Positions 53,538 through 61,451 of a DNA stretch of 64,000 nucleotides are shown here, piece by piece. Under the pieces are notes generated by a model that saw only the letters and a list, made by a program, of their open reading frames with translations, ran no database searches and had not been told where the DNA came from. Source of the stretch: Patescibacteria group bacterium (lineage in GTDB: Bacteria > Patescibacteriota > Patescibacteriia > Magasanikbacterales > GWA2-37-8); the NCBI GenBank assembly GCA_004321885.1, contig SCQK01000013.1, forward strand, positions 64,001-128,000, written 5' to 3'. Made by a program: the position numbers and the translations under genes. The first letter of the stretch is position 1. Each line of letters begins with the position of its first letter.

Positions 53538-53840
53538 TTACGATTCGTCCAAAATTATCTTTTCTTTGAATCCTCCCCTGTCTTCGGCCTTGGTGGCGCG
53601 TATTTTTTCCAGCTCAACGGCGTCATAACCCTTGAAATCGCGCATGGAATTGAGAACTTCGTAAAGGTCGCCCAAATCATGTGGCGATTCCGAGGAAAAA
53701 AACTCTCCCAGCTCCTCCAGCAGTTTTTCCTTCAACTTTTTCCAGTATTCCTCACTGCCGGCGATATGGTACACCGCCTGTCCGCCTTTGGCTTTGATGA
53801 TTTCGGGAATCTTGTCCCGCACGAGTTTATTGTATTTCAT
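53538..53840 (-). CDS. MazG-like / HisE-like nucleoside-triphosphate pyrophosphohydrolase domain protein
   Basis: MKYNKLVRDKIPEII...EEYWKKLKEKLLEELGEF...DLGDLYEVL pattern of MazG-like all-alpha NTP-PPases (PF12643-like). Confidence 0.55.
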   Translation of the reverse strand: MKYNKLVRDKIPEIIKAKGGQAVYHIAGSEEYWKKLKEKLLEELGEFFSSESPHDLGDLYEVLNSMRDFKGYDAVELEKIRATKAEDRGGFKEKIILDES

Positions 53841-53854
53841 ATAATCTAATCGCT

Positions 53855-53936
53855 GTCATTGCGAGCGAGCCACAAGCGAGCGCGGCAATCCCTTCCGTGT
53901 TTGGGATTGCTTCGCCCCTTCGGGGCTCGCAATGAC
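53855..53936. repeat. Palindromic element, family C (GTCATTGCGAGCGAGCCACAAGCGAGCGCGGCAATCCC…GGGATTGCTTCGCCCCTTCGGGGCTCGCAATGAC)
   Basis: 82-bp nested palindrome between the MazG-like gene and the NUDIX fragment. Confidence 0.7.
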
Positions 53937-53967
53937 ATTTAAGTTTCAAAATAATTTTTACCTGTTT

Positions 53968-54195
53968 TTATCGCTTCCAACATGAAACGAACTTCAAATT
54001 TCCTATTTCAACGCCCAGTTCCTCCGTCGCTTCTCGTTTCACCGTTTCCATGGGGCTTTCTCCAAACTCCACGTGTCCGCCGATGGAACCATAACAACCG
54101 TCCGCGTGCGCGCCCTTGCGTTTGGCGAGCAAGGTCTTGCCATCTTTTATTATCACCGCCCCGGCGCCCACTTTGATTATTTTATCTTCCGACAT
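53968..54195 (-). pseudogene. NUDIX hydrolase, truncated to 76 aa just after the Nudix box
   Basis: MSEDKIIKVGAGAVIIKDGKTLLAKRKGAHADGCYGSIGGHVEFGESPMETVKREATEELGVEIGNLKF... (Nudix box GGHVEFGESPMETVKREATEELGV). The ORF stops about 55 aa short of a normal NUDIX fold, directly abutting the family C element. Confidence 0.55.
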
Positions 54196-54261
54196 AATTG
54201 AAACTTCGAACTTCTGATTATTTGACTTAAAAATATGATTATGGTAGGGTGTTTTTGCCGT

Positions 54262-54512
54262 CAGAGAGTGCTCGAAGGCCCTACTCCGGAAGACGTCCCG
54301 GAGCCAGGAGGAGAAGCCGTCCCACCATTCCATGCCGCCGGCCACAGTCCGGCCGCGAGGTGCGCGCGCTCCGCTTCCAAAGGGGCATCTCGAAAACTGT
54401 GCCGGGGTGGTTTGGCGTCTTTGCGCCAGATTGCACCCCACATGGACAGCGTCCTCCTACGGGGAGGACTATGGTTGCTTAGCGCCATCAACCCTCTCTG
54501 ACGGCGCTTTTT
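54262..54512 (+). ncRNA. Candidate structured non-coding RNA of unknown class: about 250 nt, about 65% GC, closed by 12-bp inverted repeat GCCGUCAGAGAG…CUCUCUGACGGC, ending in a T9 run
   Basis: GC spike with no coherent ORF (all six frames give short Arg-rich ORFs). Multiple local hairpins (CUCCGGAAGACGUCCCGGAG; GGCGUCUUUGCGCC; CCUCCUACGGGGAGG). GCGCCAUCAACCCUCUCUGACGGCGC plus U9 on the + strand resembles an intrinsic terminator. The CAGUCCGG…GUGCCGGGG segment is reminiscent of SRP-RNA/RNase-P P4-like strands but no family signature is complete. Confidence 0.35.
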
Positions 54513-54514
54513 TT

Positions 54515-54733
54515 TTATTTGTATTTCTTCAACAACTCATCTAATTTTTTCATGATTGGCGCGCGCCAGTCGTCAATCATTTGCGTCCTGATAAATTTTA
54601 CCATTTTTTTGTCTTCCGCCGTCATCTTTTTACTCTCAAGTTCGTAAATTTTTCCCAAAATAAAATAATCTCTATCTTCCTTCAAAACATAACGTTTTTT
54701 GTCAATCGGACGAATTTTTGGTAATTTGTTCAT
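54515..54733 (-). CDS. Small hypothetical protein (72 aa)
   Basis: MNKLPKIRPIDKKRYVLKEDRDYFILGKIYELESKKMTAEDKKMVKFIRTQMIDDWRAPIMKKLDELLKKYK. The track's upstream extension is read through family B elements and is probably not coding. Confidence 0.4.
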   Translation of the reverse strand: MNKLPKIRPIDKKRYVLKEDRDYFILGKIYELESKKMTAEDKKMVKFIRTQMIDDWRAPIMKKLDELLKKYK

Positions 54734-54760
54734 ACTACACAATTCGTTGTGGCAACAATC

Positions 54761-54786
54761 GTCATCCTGAACTTGTTTCAGGATCC
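54761..54786. repeat. Palindromic element, family B (GTCATCCTGAACTTGTTTCAGGATCC)
   Basis: Read directly; 30 nt from the inverted-orientation copy at 54820. Confidence 0.7.
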
Positions 54787-54819
54787 CCACTGTCCAATTC
54801 GCCGACTCGCTCGATCGGA

Positions 54820-54844
54820 GATGCCGAAACAAGTTCGGCATGAC
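54820..54844. repeat. Palindromic element, family B, inverted orientation (GATGCCGAAACAAGTTCGGCATGAC); left flank of the GIY-YIG gene
   Basis: Loop ACAAG is the RC of family B CTTGT; stem ATGCCGAA/TTCGGCAT. Confidence 0.65.
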
Positions 54845-54865
54845 AGTGACGCGGCTGGAAACTTA

Positions 54866-55159
54866 TCACTCCCATTCGTCGCTCAAGTCTTTCAAAGTGG
54901 GATTAAGTCCTTTTACTAAATTTATTTTCCACTGACGATGCCAATTTTTGATTTGTTTCTCTCTGTTAATTGCGTCACGTGGATCCAAAAAAACTTCGTA
55001 ATAAACTAACTTTTTCAGATTATACTGTTTTGTAAATCCCTCATTGATTCCATTTTTATGTTCTTCAAGCCGACGTTCTAGATTGTTCGTTATACCTACA
55101 TATAAAACCGTGTTGATGATGTTTGTTAAAATATACACATAAAATGTTTTCCCCTCCAT
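54866..55159 (-). CDS. Small GIY-YIG nuclease (COG2827/YhbQ-Slx1-like), second copy, flanked by family B elements
   Basis: MEGKTFYVYILTNIINTVLYVGITNNLERRLEEHKNG...; GIY-YIG (URI) core; 97 aa. Confidence 0.7.
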   Translation of the reverse strand: MEGKTFYVYILTNIINTVLYVGITNNLERRLEEHKNGINEGFTKQYNLKKLVYYEVFLDPRDAINREKQIKNWHRQWKINLVKGLNPTLKDLSDEWE

Positions 55160-55175
55160 ACGATTTGCGATTGGA

Positions 55176-55200
55176 GATGCTGAAATAAATTCAGCATGAC
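55176..55200. repeat. Palindromic element, family B, inverted orientation (GATGCTGAAATAAATTCAGCATGAC); right flank of the GIY-YIG gene
   Basis: Same orientation as the 54820 copy, so the two form direct repeats around the nuclease ORF. Confidence 0.65.
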
Positions 55201-55201
55201 A

Positions 55202-58045
55202 TTACTGGCCGTGACAGCGCTTGTATTTCTTCCCGCTGCCGCAAGGGCAAGGGTCGTTGCGGCCCACCACTTTGCCGGCCTCGTCGCGCACTTTTTTCCC
55301 GGCCGGCGCGGCGCCGTTGTCGCTGGTCTTGCTGGCCCCGCTAAACATCAGATTCCCCGCCTGCATCACCGACGGCGCTATCTGTATTCCCAAATTTACT
55401 TTATAAACCAAATACACCACTTCTTTTTGAATGTAATTAAGCAGTTCGTTGAACATCCGGTAGGTTTCTTTTTTGTATTCCACCAGCGGGTCGTGCTGGG
55501 CATAGCCGCGCAGGCCAATGCCGGTGCGCAAATAATCCACGGCCACCAAATGTTCCACCCACAGATTGTCTATGGCGCGCAGCAATACTTGTTTTTCTAT
55601 CTCGGCCATCATCTCGGGCGGGGCTTGTTTGACCAGCAGTTCCTCGTATTTATACTTGGCCGTTTCTATCAAAAATTCTATGAGTTGCGTCCTAATCGTA
55701 ACATCATCAACCCGCCCGCCCACCGGCGGGGCGCCAAATTCTCCGATTTTTTTCTTTTCATCGTCAGACAGCGGGAAAATGGTCGTCATTGTTTCGGCAA
55801 TTTCTTTCACATTCCAGTCACTGCGGTCTTCGGCGTTGGTATGGAACGAAACCACCTCTTCAATTTCCTGTTCTATCATTTCCAAAATCATGACGCGCAA
55901 ATTTTTTACCCCCTCTTTCGTCTCCCCCTTATCAAGGGGGAGAGAAGCGGTGGACGTCTCCGCCATATCACGAGAGAGAGAAGCGGTTGATTCAAAAGCG
56001 CGCAATACCTCGCGCCGTTTGCCGTAAATCACCTCGCGGTGCTTGTTGAGCACGTCATCGTACTCCAGCAAATGTTTGCGCGTGTCAAAATGCAAACCCT
56101 CCACTTTGCGCTGGGCGCTTTCTATAATGCGCGTAATCATCCCCTGCTCTATGGGCATGTCATCTGGCACTTTAAGGGCGTTCATTACCCCGCGTATTCT
56201 GTCGCCGGCAAAAATACGCATCAGGTCGTCTTCGGTGGAAAGGAAAAATTGCGACTGCCCCGGGTCGCCCTGGCGCCCGCTGCGGCCGCGCAACTGGTTG
56301 TCTATACGCCGGCTCTCGTGGCGCTCGGTGCCCAGCACAAACAAACCGCCGGCCGCGCGCACGCGCCCGGCTTCTTCGGGTACAGGCGGATTACCGCCCA
56401 AAATTATATCCACTCCCCTGCCGGCCATGTTGGTGGCCAGGGTCACGCGCCCGGGCTGGCCGGCCTGCGCGATTATCTCGCCCTCGCGCTCATGATTCTT
56501 GGCGTTTAGAATTTCATGCGCTATTCCCTCTCTTTGCAAATGCAAACTCAAGGCCTCGTTTTTCTCCACTGATACCGTGCCTATCAAAACCGGCTGGCCC
56601 TTGGCCTGTAATTCTTTTACCATCTGGGCGATGGCCTTGTGCTTGGCCTCTTCGGTTTTATAAATCCTGTCCGGAAAATTCGTGCGCTGGCTGGGTTTGT
56701 TCGGCGGAATTACCACCACTTCCAGTTTGTAAATTTTGCCGAACTCTTCGGCCTCGGTGACGGCCGTGCCGGTCATGCCCGACAGCTTTTCGTACAAACG
56801 GAAATAATTTTGAAAAGTAACCGTGGCCATGGTCTGACTTTCATGTTGAATGACCACGTTTTCTTTGGCTTCTATGGCCTGATGCAAGCCCTCGCTATAG
56901 CGGCGGCCCGGCATTTTGCGGCCGGTAAATTCGTCCACTATGAGCACCTCGCTGTTTTCCACGATATAGTCGCGGTCGCGCAAGAAAAGCGTCTGCGCCC
57001 GCAAAGCCTGCTCCACGTGGTGCACGGTACGCACCCCGCCCTCGGCGTAAATATTGTCCACGCCCAGCCATTTTTCCATTTTAGCGATGCCGGCTTCGGA
57101 AAGCGTGGCCGAGCGCATTTTTTCGTCTATGTTAAAGTCCTCGTTTTCTTTCAAGCGGCGCACCAGCTCGGCGAATTTGTAATACATGTCGGCCGCTTTT
57201 TCGGCCGGCGCGGAAATAATCAAGGGGGTGCGGGCTTCGTCTATTAAAATGGAGTCAACCTCGTCCACGATGGCGTAAAAAAACGGCCGCTGTACCATCT
57301 CGCTCAAATTTTGCACCATGTTGTCGCGCAAATAATCAAAGCCATATTCGTTGTTGGTGCCATAAGTGACGTCGCAGCCGTAGGCCTCTTGGCGCGAGCA
57401 GGGTTCCAAAAATTCCGTTTCCACTTTGTACATTCCTTTGGCGTCGCGTTCTTTGTCTGCTTCACTGCCCTCCTGTAACCCCACCCCCTGCCACCACACC
57501 AAAGATTTTGGTGTGGTGGCCTGCCCATCCCCTAATAGGGGAGGGGTTTTTGCGTAGCGAAAAGAAACACCAAGCTGTTGAATCACGCCCACGCTCAATC
57601 CCAAAGCATCATATATCTGCCCCATCCACACAGCGTCGCGTTTGGCCAAATAATCATTCACAGTCACCACGTGCACTCCCCTGCCGGCCAAGCCGTTTAG
57701 ATACACAGGCAAGGTAGCCACCAGGGTTTTGCCCTCGCCAGTGCCCATCTCAGCGATAGCGCCGCTATGCAAAGCCATGCCGCCCTTTAGCTGGACGTCA
57801 AAATGGCGCATACCAGTCAAACGTTTTGATGTTTCGCGCACCACGGCAAACGCCTCGGGCAAAATATCGTCCAGGGTGGCGCCGTCGGCCAAACGCTTTT
57901 TGAACTCATCGGTTTTGCCCCGCAACTGTTCCAAACTCAAAGACGCCATCCCGCTTTCCAGGGCATTGATTCTTTCCACGAGCGGCTTGTATCCGGCAAT
58001 CACTTTCGCATTCGGGTCGCCAAAAATTCTGCTAAAAAAAGACAT
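55202..58045 (-). CDS. secA: Preprotein translocase ATPase SecA with in-frame palindromic inserts
   Basis: MSFFSRIFGDPNAKVIAGYKPLVERINALE, GEGKTLVATLPVYLNGLAGRGVHVVTVNDYLAKRD, HQAIEAKE, TNMAGRGVDIILGG, C-terminal zinc motif CPCGSGKKYKRCHG; inserts PPLLGDGQATTPKSLVWWQGVG (57481-57546) and ASLPLDKGETKE (55921-55944). ATG at 58043-58045. Confidence 0.9.
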   Translation of the reverse strand: MSFFSRIFGDPNAKVIAGYKPLVERINALESGMASLSLEQLRGKTDEFKKRLADGATLDDILPEAFAVVRETSKRLTGMRHFDVQLKGGMALHSGAIAEMGTGEGKTLVATLPVYLNGLAGRGVHVVTVNDYLAKRDAVWMGQIYDALGLSVGVIQQLGVSFRYAKTPPLLGDGQATTPKSLVWWQGVGLQEGSEADKERDAKGMYKVETEFLEPCSRQEAYGCDVTYGTNNEYGFDYLRDNMVQNLSEMVQRPFFYAIVDEVDSILIDEARTPLIISAPAEKAADMYYKFAELVRRLKENEDFNIDEKMRSATLSEAGIAKMEKWLGVDNIYAEGGVRTVHHVEQALRAQTLFLRDRDYIVENSEVLIVDEFTGRKMPGRRYSEGLHQAIEAKENVVIQHESQTMATVTFQNYFRLYEKLSGMTGTAVTEAEEFGKIYKLEVVVIPPNKPSQRTNFPDRIYKTEEAKHKAIAQMVKELQAKGQPVLIGTVSVEKNEALSLHLQREGIAHEILNAKNHEREGEIIAQAGQPGRVTLATNMAGRGVDIILGGNPPVPEEAGRVRAAGGLFVLGTERHESRRIDNQLRGRSGRQGDPGQSQFFLSTEDDLMRIFAGDRIRGVMNALKVPDDMPIEQGMITRIIESAQRKVEGLHFDTRKHLLEYDDVLNKHREVIYGKRREVLRAFESTASLSRDMAETSTASLPLDKGETKEGVKNLRVMILEMIEQEIEEVVSFHTNAEDRSDWNVKEIAETMTTIFPLSDDEKKKIGEFGAPPVGGRVDDVTIRTQLIEFLIETAKYKYEELLVKQAPPEMMAEIEKQVLLRAIDNLWVEHLVAVDYLRTGIGLRGYAQHDPLVEYKKETYRMFNELLNYIQKEVVYLVYKVNLGIQIAPSVMQAGNLMFSGASKTSDNGAAPAGKKVRDEAGKVVGRNDPCPCGSGKKYKRCHGQ
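57481..57546. repeat. Two adjacent palindromes in frame in secA: GCCACCACACCAAAGATTTTGGTGTGGTGGC and CCATCCCCTAATAGGGGAGGGG
   Basis: Read directly; 11-bp and 7-bp perfect stems. Confidence 0.6.
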
Positions 58046-58176
58046 AGAACCACTAATCTTTTTCGCTAATCTCACTAATCGCGAACGCCGTAATTCTATC
58101 ATATTTACGCGGAAAAGCAAGGGGTCGCGCGGTACACTGGCTCGCGCGATGAACAAATTTATGCTATAATATCCCC

Positions 58177-59898
58177 ATGGCCGAAAACATCTTTTTGCAA
58201 ATAAGCCTGCTGTTGGCCCTCACGGTGGGCGCGGCTTTCATTCTGCGCCTCCTGCGCCAGCCCCTGATTATCGCTTACCTGGCCGTGGGCGTGCTGGCCG
58301 GCCCCATGTTTTTCAATCTGCTCAAAGGCGGGGCAAATGTTTACGACGCGTTCGCCAAAATCGGCGTGGTGCTTTTGCTGTTTGTCGTGGGCCTCAATCT
58401 CAATCTCGGCTATCTCAAAAAAATCGGCAAAGTGGCCATCATCACCGGCCTGGCCCAGGTTACGCTCACCGCTCTCATCGGCATGGCCATCTTGCAGGCG
58501 CTCAAATTTTCCCTGCTCTCTTCCATCTATCTGGCCGTCGCCATCACCTTTTCTTCCACCATCATCATCACCAAGCTGCTCAATGAAAAAAAACACACTG
58601 AAAGCATGTACGGCCGCTATGTCATCGGCCTGATGCTGATGCAGGATTTTGTCGCCATTATTATAATGATGATTCTGGGCATCACCCGCCAGCAGGCCGA
58701 ATTTTCCGCCGGCGCGCCCCTGGCCCTGAAAATTATTTTTCTGGCTGGCTTTATTCTGGCTCTAACAAAATACATTGCCCCCGCCATCTTAAAACGCGTG
58801 GCCGACTCCGGGGAATTTTTGTTTGTCTTTACCCTGGCCTGGTGCCTGGGCATCGCCAGCATCACCTATTGGCTGGGCTTTCCGGTGGAAGTCGGGGCCA
58901 TCATCGCCGGCCTCACCCTGGGCTCAACGCCCTATCAGCCAGAAATTTCCAGCCGCGTCAAACCATTGCGCGATTTTTTCATTGTTTTGTTTTTCATCAT
59001 TCTGGGCGGCAGTTTGGAGCTAAACAATTTGCGCGCTTCCCTCGCGCCCGGCCTCATTCTTTCGCTTTATATCCTCATTGGCAACCCGCTCATTCTTTAC
59101 ATCCTTTATCGCCTGCACAAATTCAACCGTCGCAACAGCTTTTTATCGGCCCTTACCGCGGCCCAGGTGAGCGAGTTCGGCTTTATATTGCTTTACACCG
59201 GCGCCGGCATCGGCCACCTGGGGAAAAACGAGATTCCTGTTTTTACTCTGGTTGCCTTAATCACAATCTTCATTTCTTCCTACCTTATTACTTACAATGA
59301 AAGAATTTATCATTTTTTGAAGCCGTTTTTTGCCCTGTTCGGCAAAGACAACCGAACGCAAAAAGAAGACGATGCCGCCTCTTATGATGTCTGGGTCTTC
59401 GGCTATCATCGCATCGGCTGGAAGGTTTGCGAAGCATTGATTGAAAAAAAGATTAAATTCGCGGTGGTGGATTACAATCCGGAAATTATTTCCAAATTAA
59501 AAAAACGCGGGGTGCCCAGTTATTTCGGCGATGCCTCGGATATAGAATTTTTAGACGCCTTGCCTCTGGGCGAGGCTAAACTTATTATTTCCACTTTGCC
59601 CACGGTAGAAGACCAGCGCGCCCTGATAGCGCATGTAAAGCACAACGGCAAAATTAGACGCGGGCGGGCGCGCCAGGCCCCGTTTTTCATCGCCAGCTTG
59701 TACGACGACGCCTACCTACAGGAGCTGTATGAAATGGGCGCGGATTATGTGATGATGCCGCATCTGCTGGGCGGCCAGCGCATTTACGATGTTTTGAAAC
59801 GCGGGCATTGGGCCAAAGAAGGCTTGAAAAAATTAAGGCAGTACCAAAAAGACGAGCATAATTCGCGCTTTGAGGCGCTGGGCGCCCGCCATTGTTAA
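58177..59898 (+). CDS. Monovalent cation:proton antiporter-2 (Kef/CPA2-type) with C-terminal RCK/TrkA-N domain
   Basis: 12-13 TM helices (…GVLAGPMFFNLLKGGANVYDAFAKIGVVLLLFVVGL…), then VFGYHRIGWKVCEALIEKKIKFAVVDYNPE (Rossmann GxGxxG-like RCK). Extended -10 TGcTATAAT 6 nt before the ATG. Confidence 0.8.
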   Translation: MAENIFLQISLLLALTVGAAFILRLLRQPLIIAYLAVGVLAGPMFFNLLKGGANVYDAFAKIGVVLLLFVVGLNLNLGYLKKIGKVAIITGLAQVTLTALIGMAILQALKFSLLSSIYLAVAITFSSTIIITKLLNEKKHTESMYGRYVIGLMLMQDFVAIIIMMILGITRQQAEFSAGAPLALKIIFLAGFILALTKYIAPAILKRVADSGEFLFVFTLAWCLGIASITYWLGFPVEVGAIIAGLTLGSTPYQPEISSRVKPLRDFFIVLFFIILGGSLELNNLRASLAPGLILSLYILIGNPLILYILYRLHKFNRRNSFLSALTAAQVSEFGFILLYTGAGIGHLGKNEIPVFTLVALITIFISSYLITYNERIYHFLKPFFALFGKDNRTQKEDDAASYDVWVFGYHRIGWKVCEALIEKKIKFAVVDYNPEIISKLKKRGVPSYFGDASDIEFLDALPLGEAKLIISTLPTVEDQRALIAHVKHNGKIRRGRARQAPFFIASLYDDAYLQELYEMGADYVMMPHLLGGQRIYDVLKRGHWAKEGLKKLRQYQKDEHNSRFEALGARHC

Positions 59899-59958
59899 GT
59901 TTTGAATATTAAAAACTCGCACACGAAAACATAGAAAAAGATATCCACAGCCCCGCGC

Positions 59959-59987
59959 TTGACACTAAGCGGGGTGTAAAGTATCAT
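59959..59987 (+). promoter_or_regulatory. Sigma70-type promoter TTGACA-N17-TATCAT embedded in the palindrome CCCCGCGCTTGACACTAAGCGGGG, upstream of the high-GC islet gene
   Basis: ttgaca 59959-59964; tatcat 59982-59987; about 110-nt GC-rich leader with hairpins; RBS cAAGGAGAGacggATG. Confidence 0.55.
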
Positions 59988-60101
59988 ATACCGGCTTCGG
60001 AAAGTGGTAACGGGCCCATCCGTCGGTTGACGGAGAATTAGGGCTACGTGCCAATCCTCTAAAGCCCTCGCATGAGCGAGGCAACGAACAAGGAGAGACG
60101 G

Positions 60102-60485
60102 ATGGAAACCAAGACGCAGAAGGGGAACCTCGCCGTGCCCGTCATCGCCCCCGACACGGACCAGCTCCAAAAGGCAATCTTCACGCACGAGCCCACCCCG
60201 ATCGTCTACAAGAACGAGAAGGGCGAGCTGGTGCGCTGCTGGGCGGCCTTCAACGCCGTCCACGCCGAGACCGCCGACAAGAGCGTGTTCGTGCTGCGGG
60301 GCAAGATCGTGGCCGGCGACGCGAACTTCCTGCGCGCGCACGAGAACGCGGTGCGCCGGAACTACGAGGCGTCCCTCATCTACAAGCTCGGGCAGGACTA
60401 CGCCCAGCTGGAGATGTGGGACAAGTCCGGCAAGGACGAGATCCCGCCGGGCACGTTCTCGAGCGACGACCACCGCGCGCGATAG
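60102..60485 (+). CDS. Hypothetical 127-aa protein in a high-GC islet
   Basis: METKTQKGNLAVPVIAPDTDQLQKAIFTHEPTPIVYKNEKGELVRCWAAFNAVHAETADKSVFVLRGKIVAGDANFLRAHENAVRRNYEASLIYKLGQDYAQLEMWDK...; strong GC3 bias; AGGAGAG RBS. The minus-strand 265-aa ORF is an antisense artefact. Confidence 0.5.
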   Translation: METKTQKGNLAVPVIAPDTDQLQKAIFTHEPTPIVYKNEKGELVRCWAAFNAVHAETADKSVFVLRGKIVAGDANFLRAHENAVRRNYEASLIYKLGQDYAQLEMWDKSGKDEIPPGTFSSDDHRAR

Positions 60486-60639
60486 CGCCACCGACAGAAC
60501 CACGGCGCTAACCGCAACCGCACATTCCCACCAGTCGTCCCCTCCCCAATTCGGGACGCATCTCACAGTAGACTGTGAACCCCATCGCGACACGCGTCGC
60601 GGTAGCGCGGTTCCCTCTGCGAGACACAACACAAGAGGC

Positions 60640-60669
60640 CCGACCCAGCAACAGCAGGTCGGTCTTTTT
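60640..60669 (+). terminator. Terminator CCGACCCAGCAACAGCAGGTCGG plus TCTTTTT ending the high-GC islet
   Basis: 6-bp GC stem and T-run, read directly. Confidence 0.55.
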
Positions 60670-60675
60670 CGTTTA

Positions 60676-60699
60676 CAAAAAACCCCGCTCATTGCGGGG
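60676..60699 (-). terminator. Terminator hairpin CCCCGCAATGAGCGGGG plus T-run (minus strand) after the 60736-61377 gene
   Basis: RC reads ccccgcaatgagcggggttttttgtaaac. Confidence 0.55.
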
Positions 60700-60735
60700 T
60701 CTATAGCTTTATAACTTGATAACTTTCTACTTCAA

Positions 60736-61377
60736 TCACGGTTCCACCAAAATCTGCGCCGCGCCGCCGCCATCGCACGTGATGAAGAACTTGCCCACAT
60801 ACTTGGCCGTGGCAATGGCGAAACCGTATTTGGGCACATAGTACGACTGCTTGCCGAAAGCAACGGTGTGCGCCTTGGCATCGCGGTTGTCCAGCATAAA
60901 CTGCTTGCCTTTTTTCATGGTCAAAGACCCGGGCGTGCCTTTGCATTTATAAAACTGATAATAATACCCGGATTTGCGATAGATACTTAAAGCCTTAGTG
61001 TAACTTAATGTGGCCGAAGGGCTGACGCCTGTTTTAGCGCCAGTACCCGTAACACCACCTGTGCCTGGCACCGTGGATGCGGCGGTAGTGGCGGTAGTGG
61101 CGGTTTTATCCGTGGACGGCTGTTCCCCTGCCTCGGTAGTGGTCGCGGTCTGCTCTTCGCCCGGCGCCGGACTGACGGCCGGTTTCTTGCCCCATTTATT
61201 CCAGGCCAGCAAAGCCACCACAATCGCCACAATCACGATAATTGTGGGCAGATTGCCTTTTTTGTCCGCCGGCGGCGCTTCGGGCGCCGACTGCCCGCCT
61301 GTTGGCGGGTTTCCCGCTCCGCCAACTGGCGGATTGGTATTTTGGTTGTCCATAAAGTCAAAAATTACATTACTCAC
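60736..61377 (-). CDS. Hypothetical membrane-anchored protein with Pro/Thr/Gly-rich linker
   Basis: TM anchor LPTIIVIVAIVVALLAW, low-complexity TATTATTAASTVPGTGGVTGTGAKTG, C-terminal about 90-aa domain. Confidence 0.4.
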   Translation of the reverse strand: MSNVIFDFMDNQNTNPPVGGAGNPPTGGQSAPEAPPADKKGNLPTIIVIVAIVVALLAWNKWGKKPAVSPAPGEEQTATTTEAGEQPSTDKTATTATTAASTVPGTGGVTGTGAKTGVSPSATLSYTKALSIYRKSGYYYQFYKCKGTPGSLTMKKGKQFMLDNRDAKAHTVAFGKQSYYVPKYGFAIATAKYVGKFFITCDGGGAAQILVEP

Positions 61378-61451
61378 ACTTTCCCTCCGCTATCATCAAT
61401 ATACCCCAACCCGCTCAAAAAGTCAACGATTGCGGGATCCCCGCCGCGTTT

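Larger units (their letters stand above)
54761..55200 (-). mobile_element. Putative small mobile unit: GIY-YIG nuclease ORF bracketed by direct copies of the family B hairpin element (plus one adjacent inverted copy)
   Basis: Arrangement read from the sequence. A second GIY-YIG ORF at 20985 is likewise bracketed by CCCGACTGAGTCGGG hairpins. Mobility itself is inference. Confidence 0.3.

Noticed and set aside
54235-54544. Short + strand ORFs (88, 77 and 70 aa) in the GC-rich 54.2-54.5 kb region
   Set aside because: All frames open simultaneously, Arg/Pro/Gly-rich, no RBS at workable spacing. Treated as a non-coding structured region instead.
59895-60692. 265-aa minus-strand ORF across high-GC islet 4
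   Set aside because: Same reasoning. The + strand ORF has a promoter, RBS and terminators. The minus ORF is an Arg/Val/Leu-rich GC artefact.
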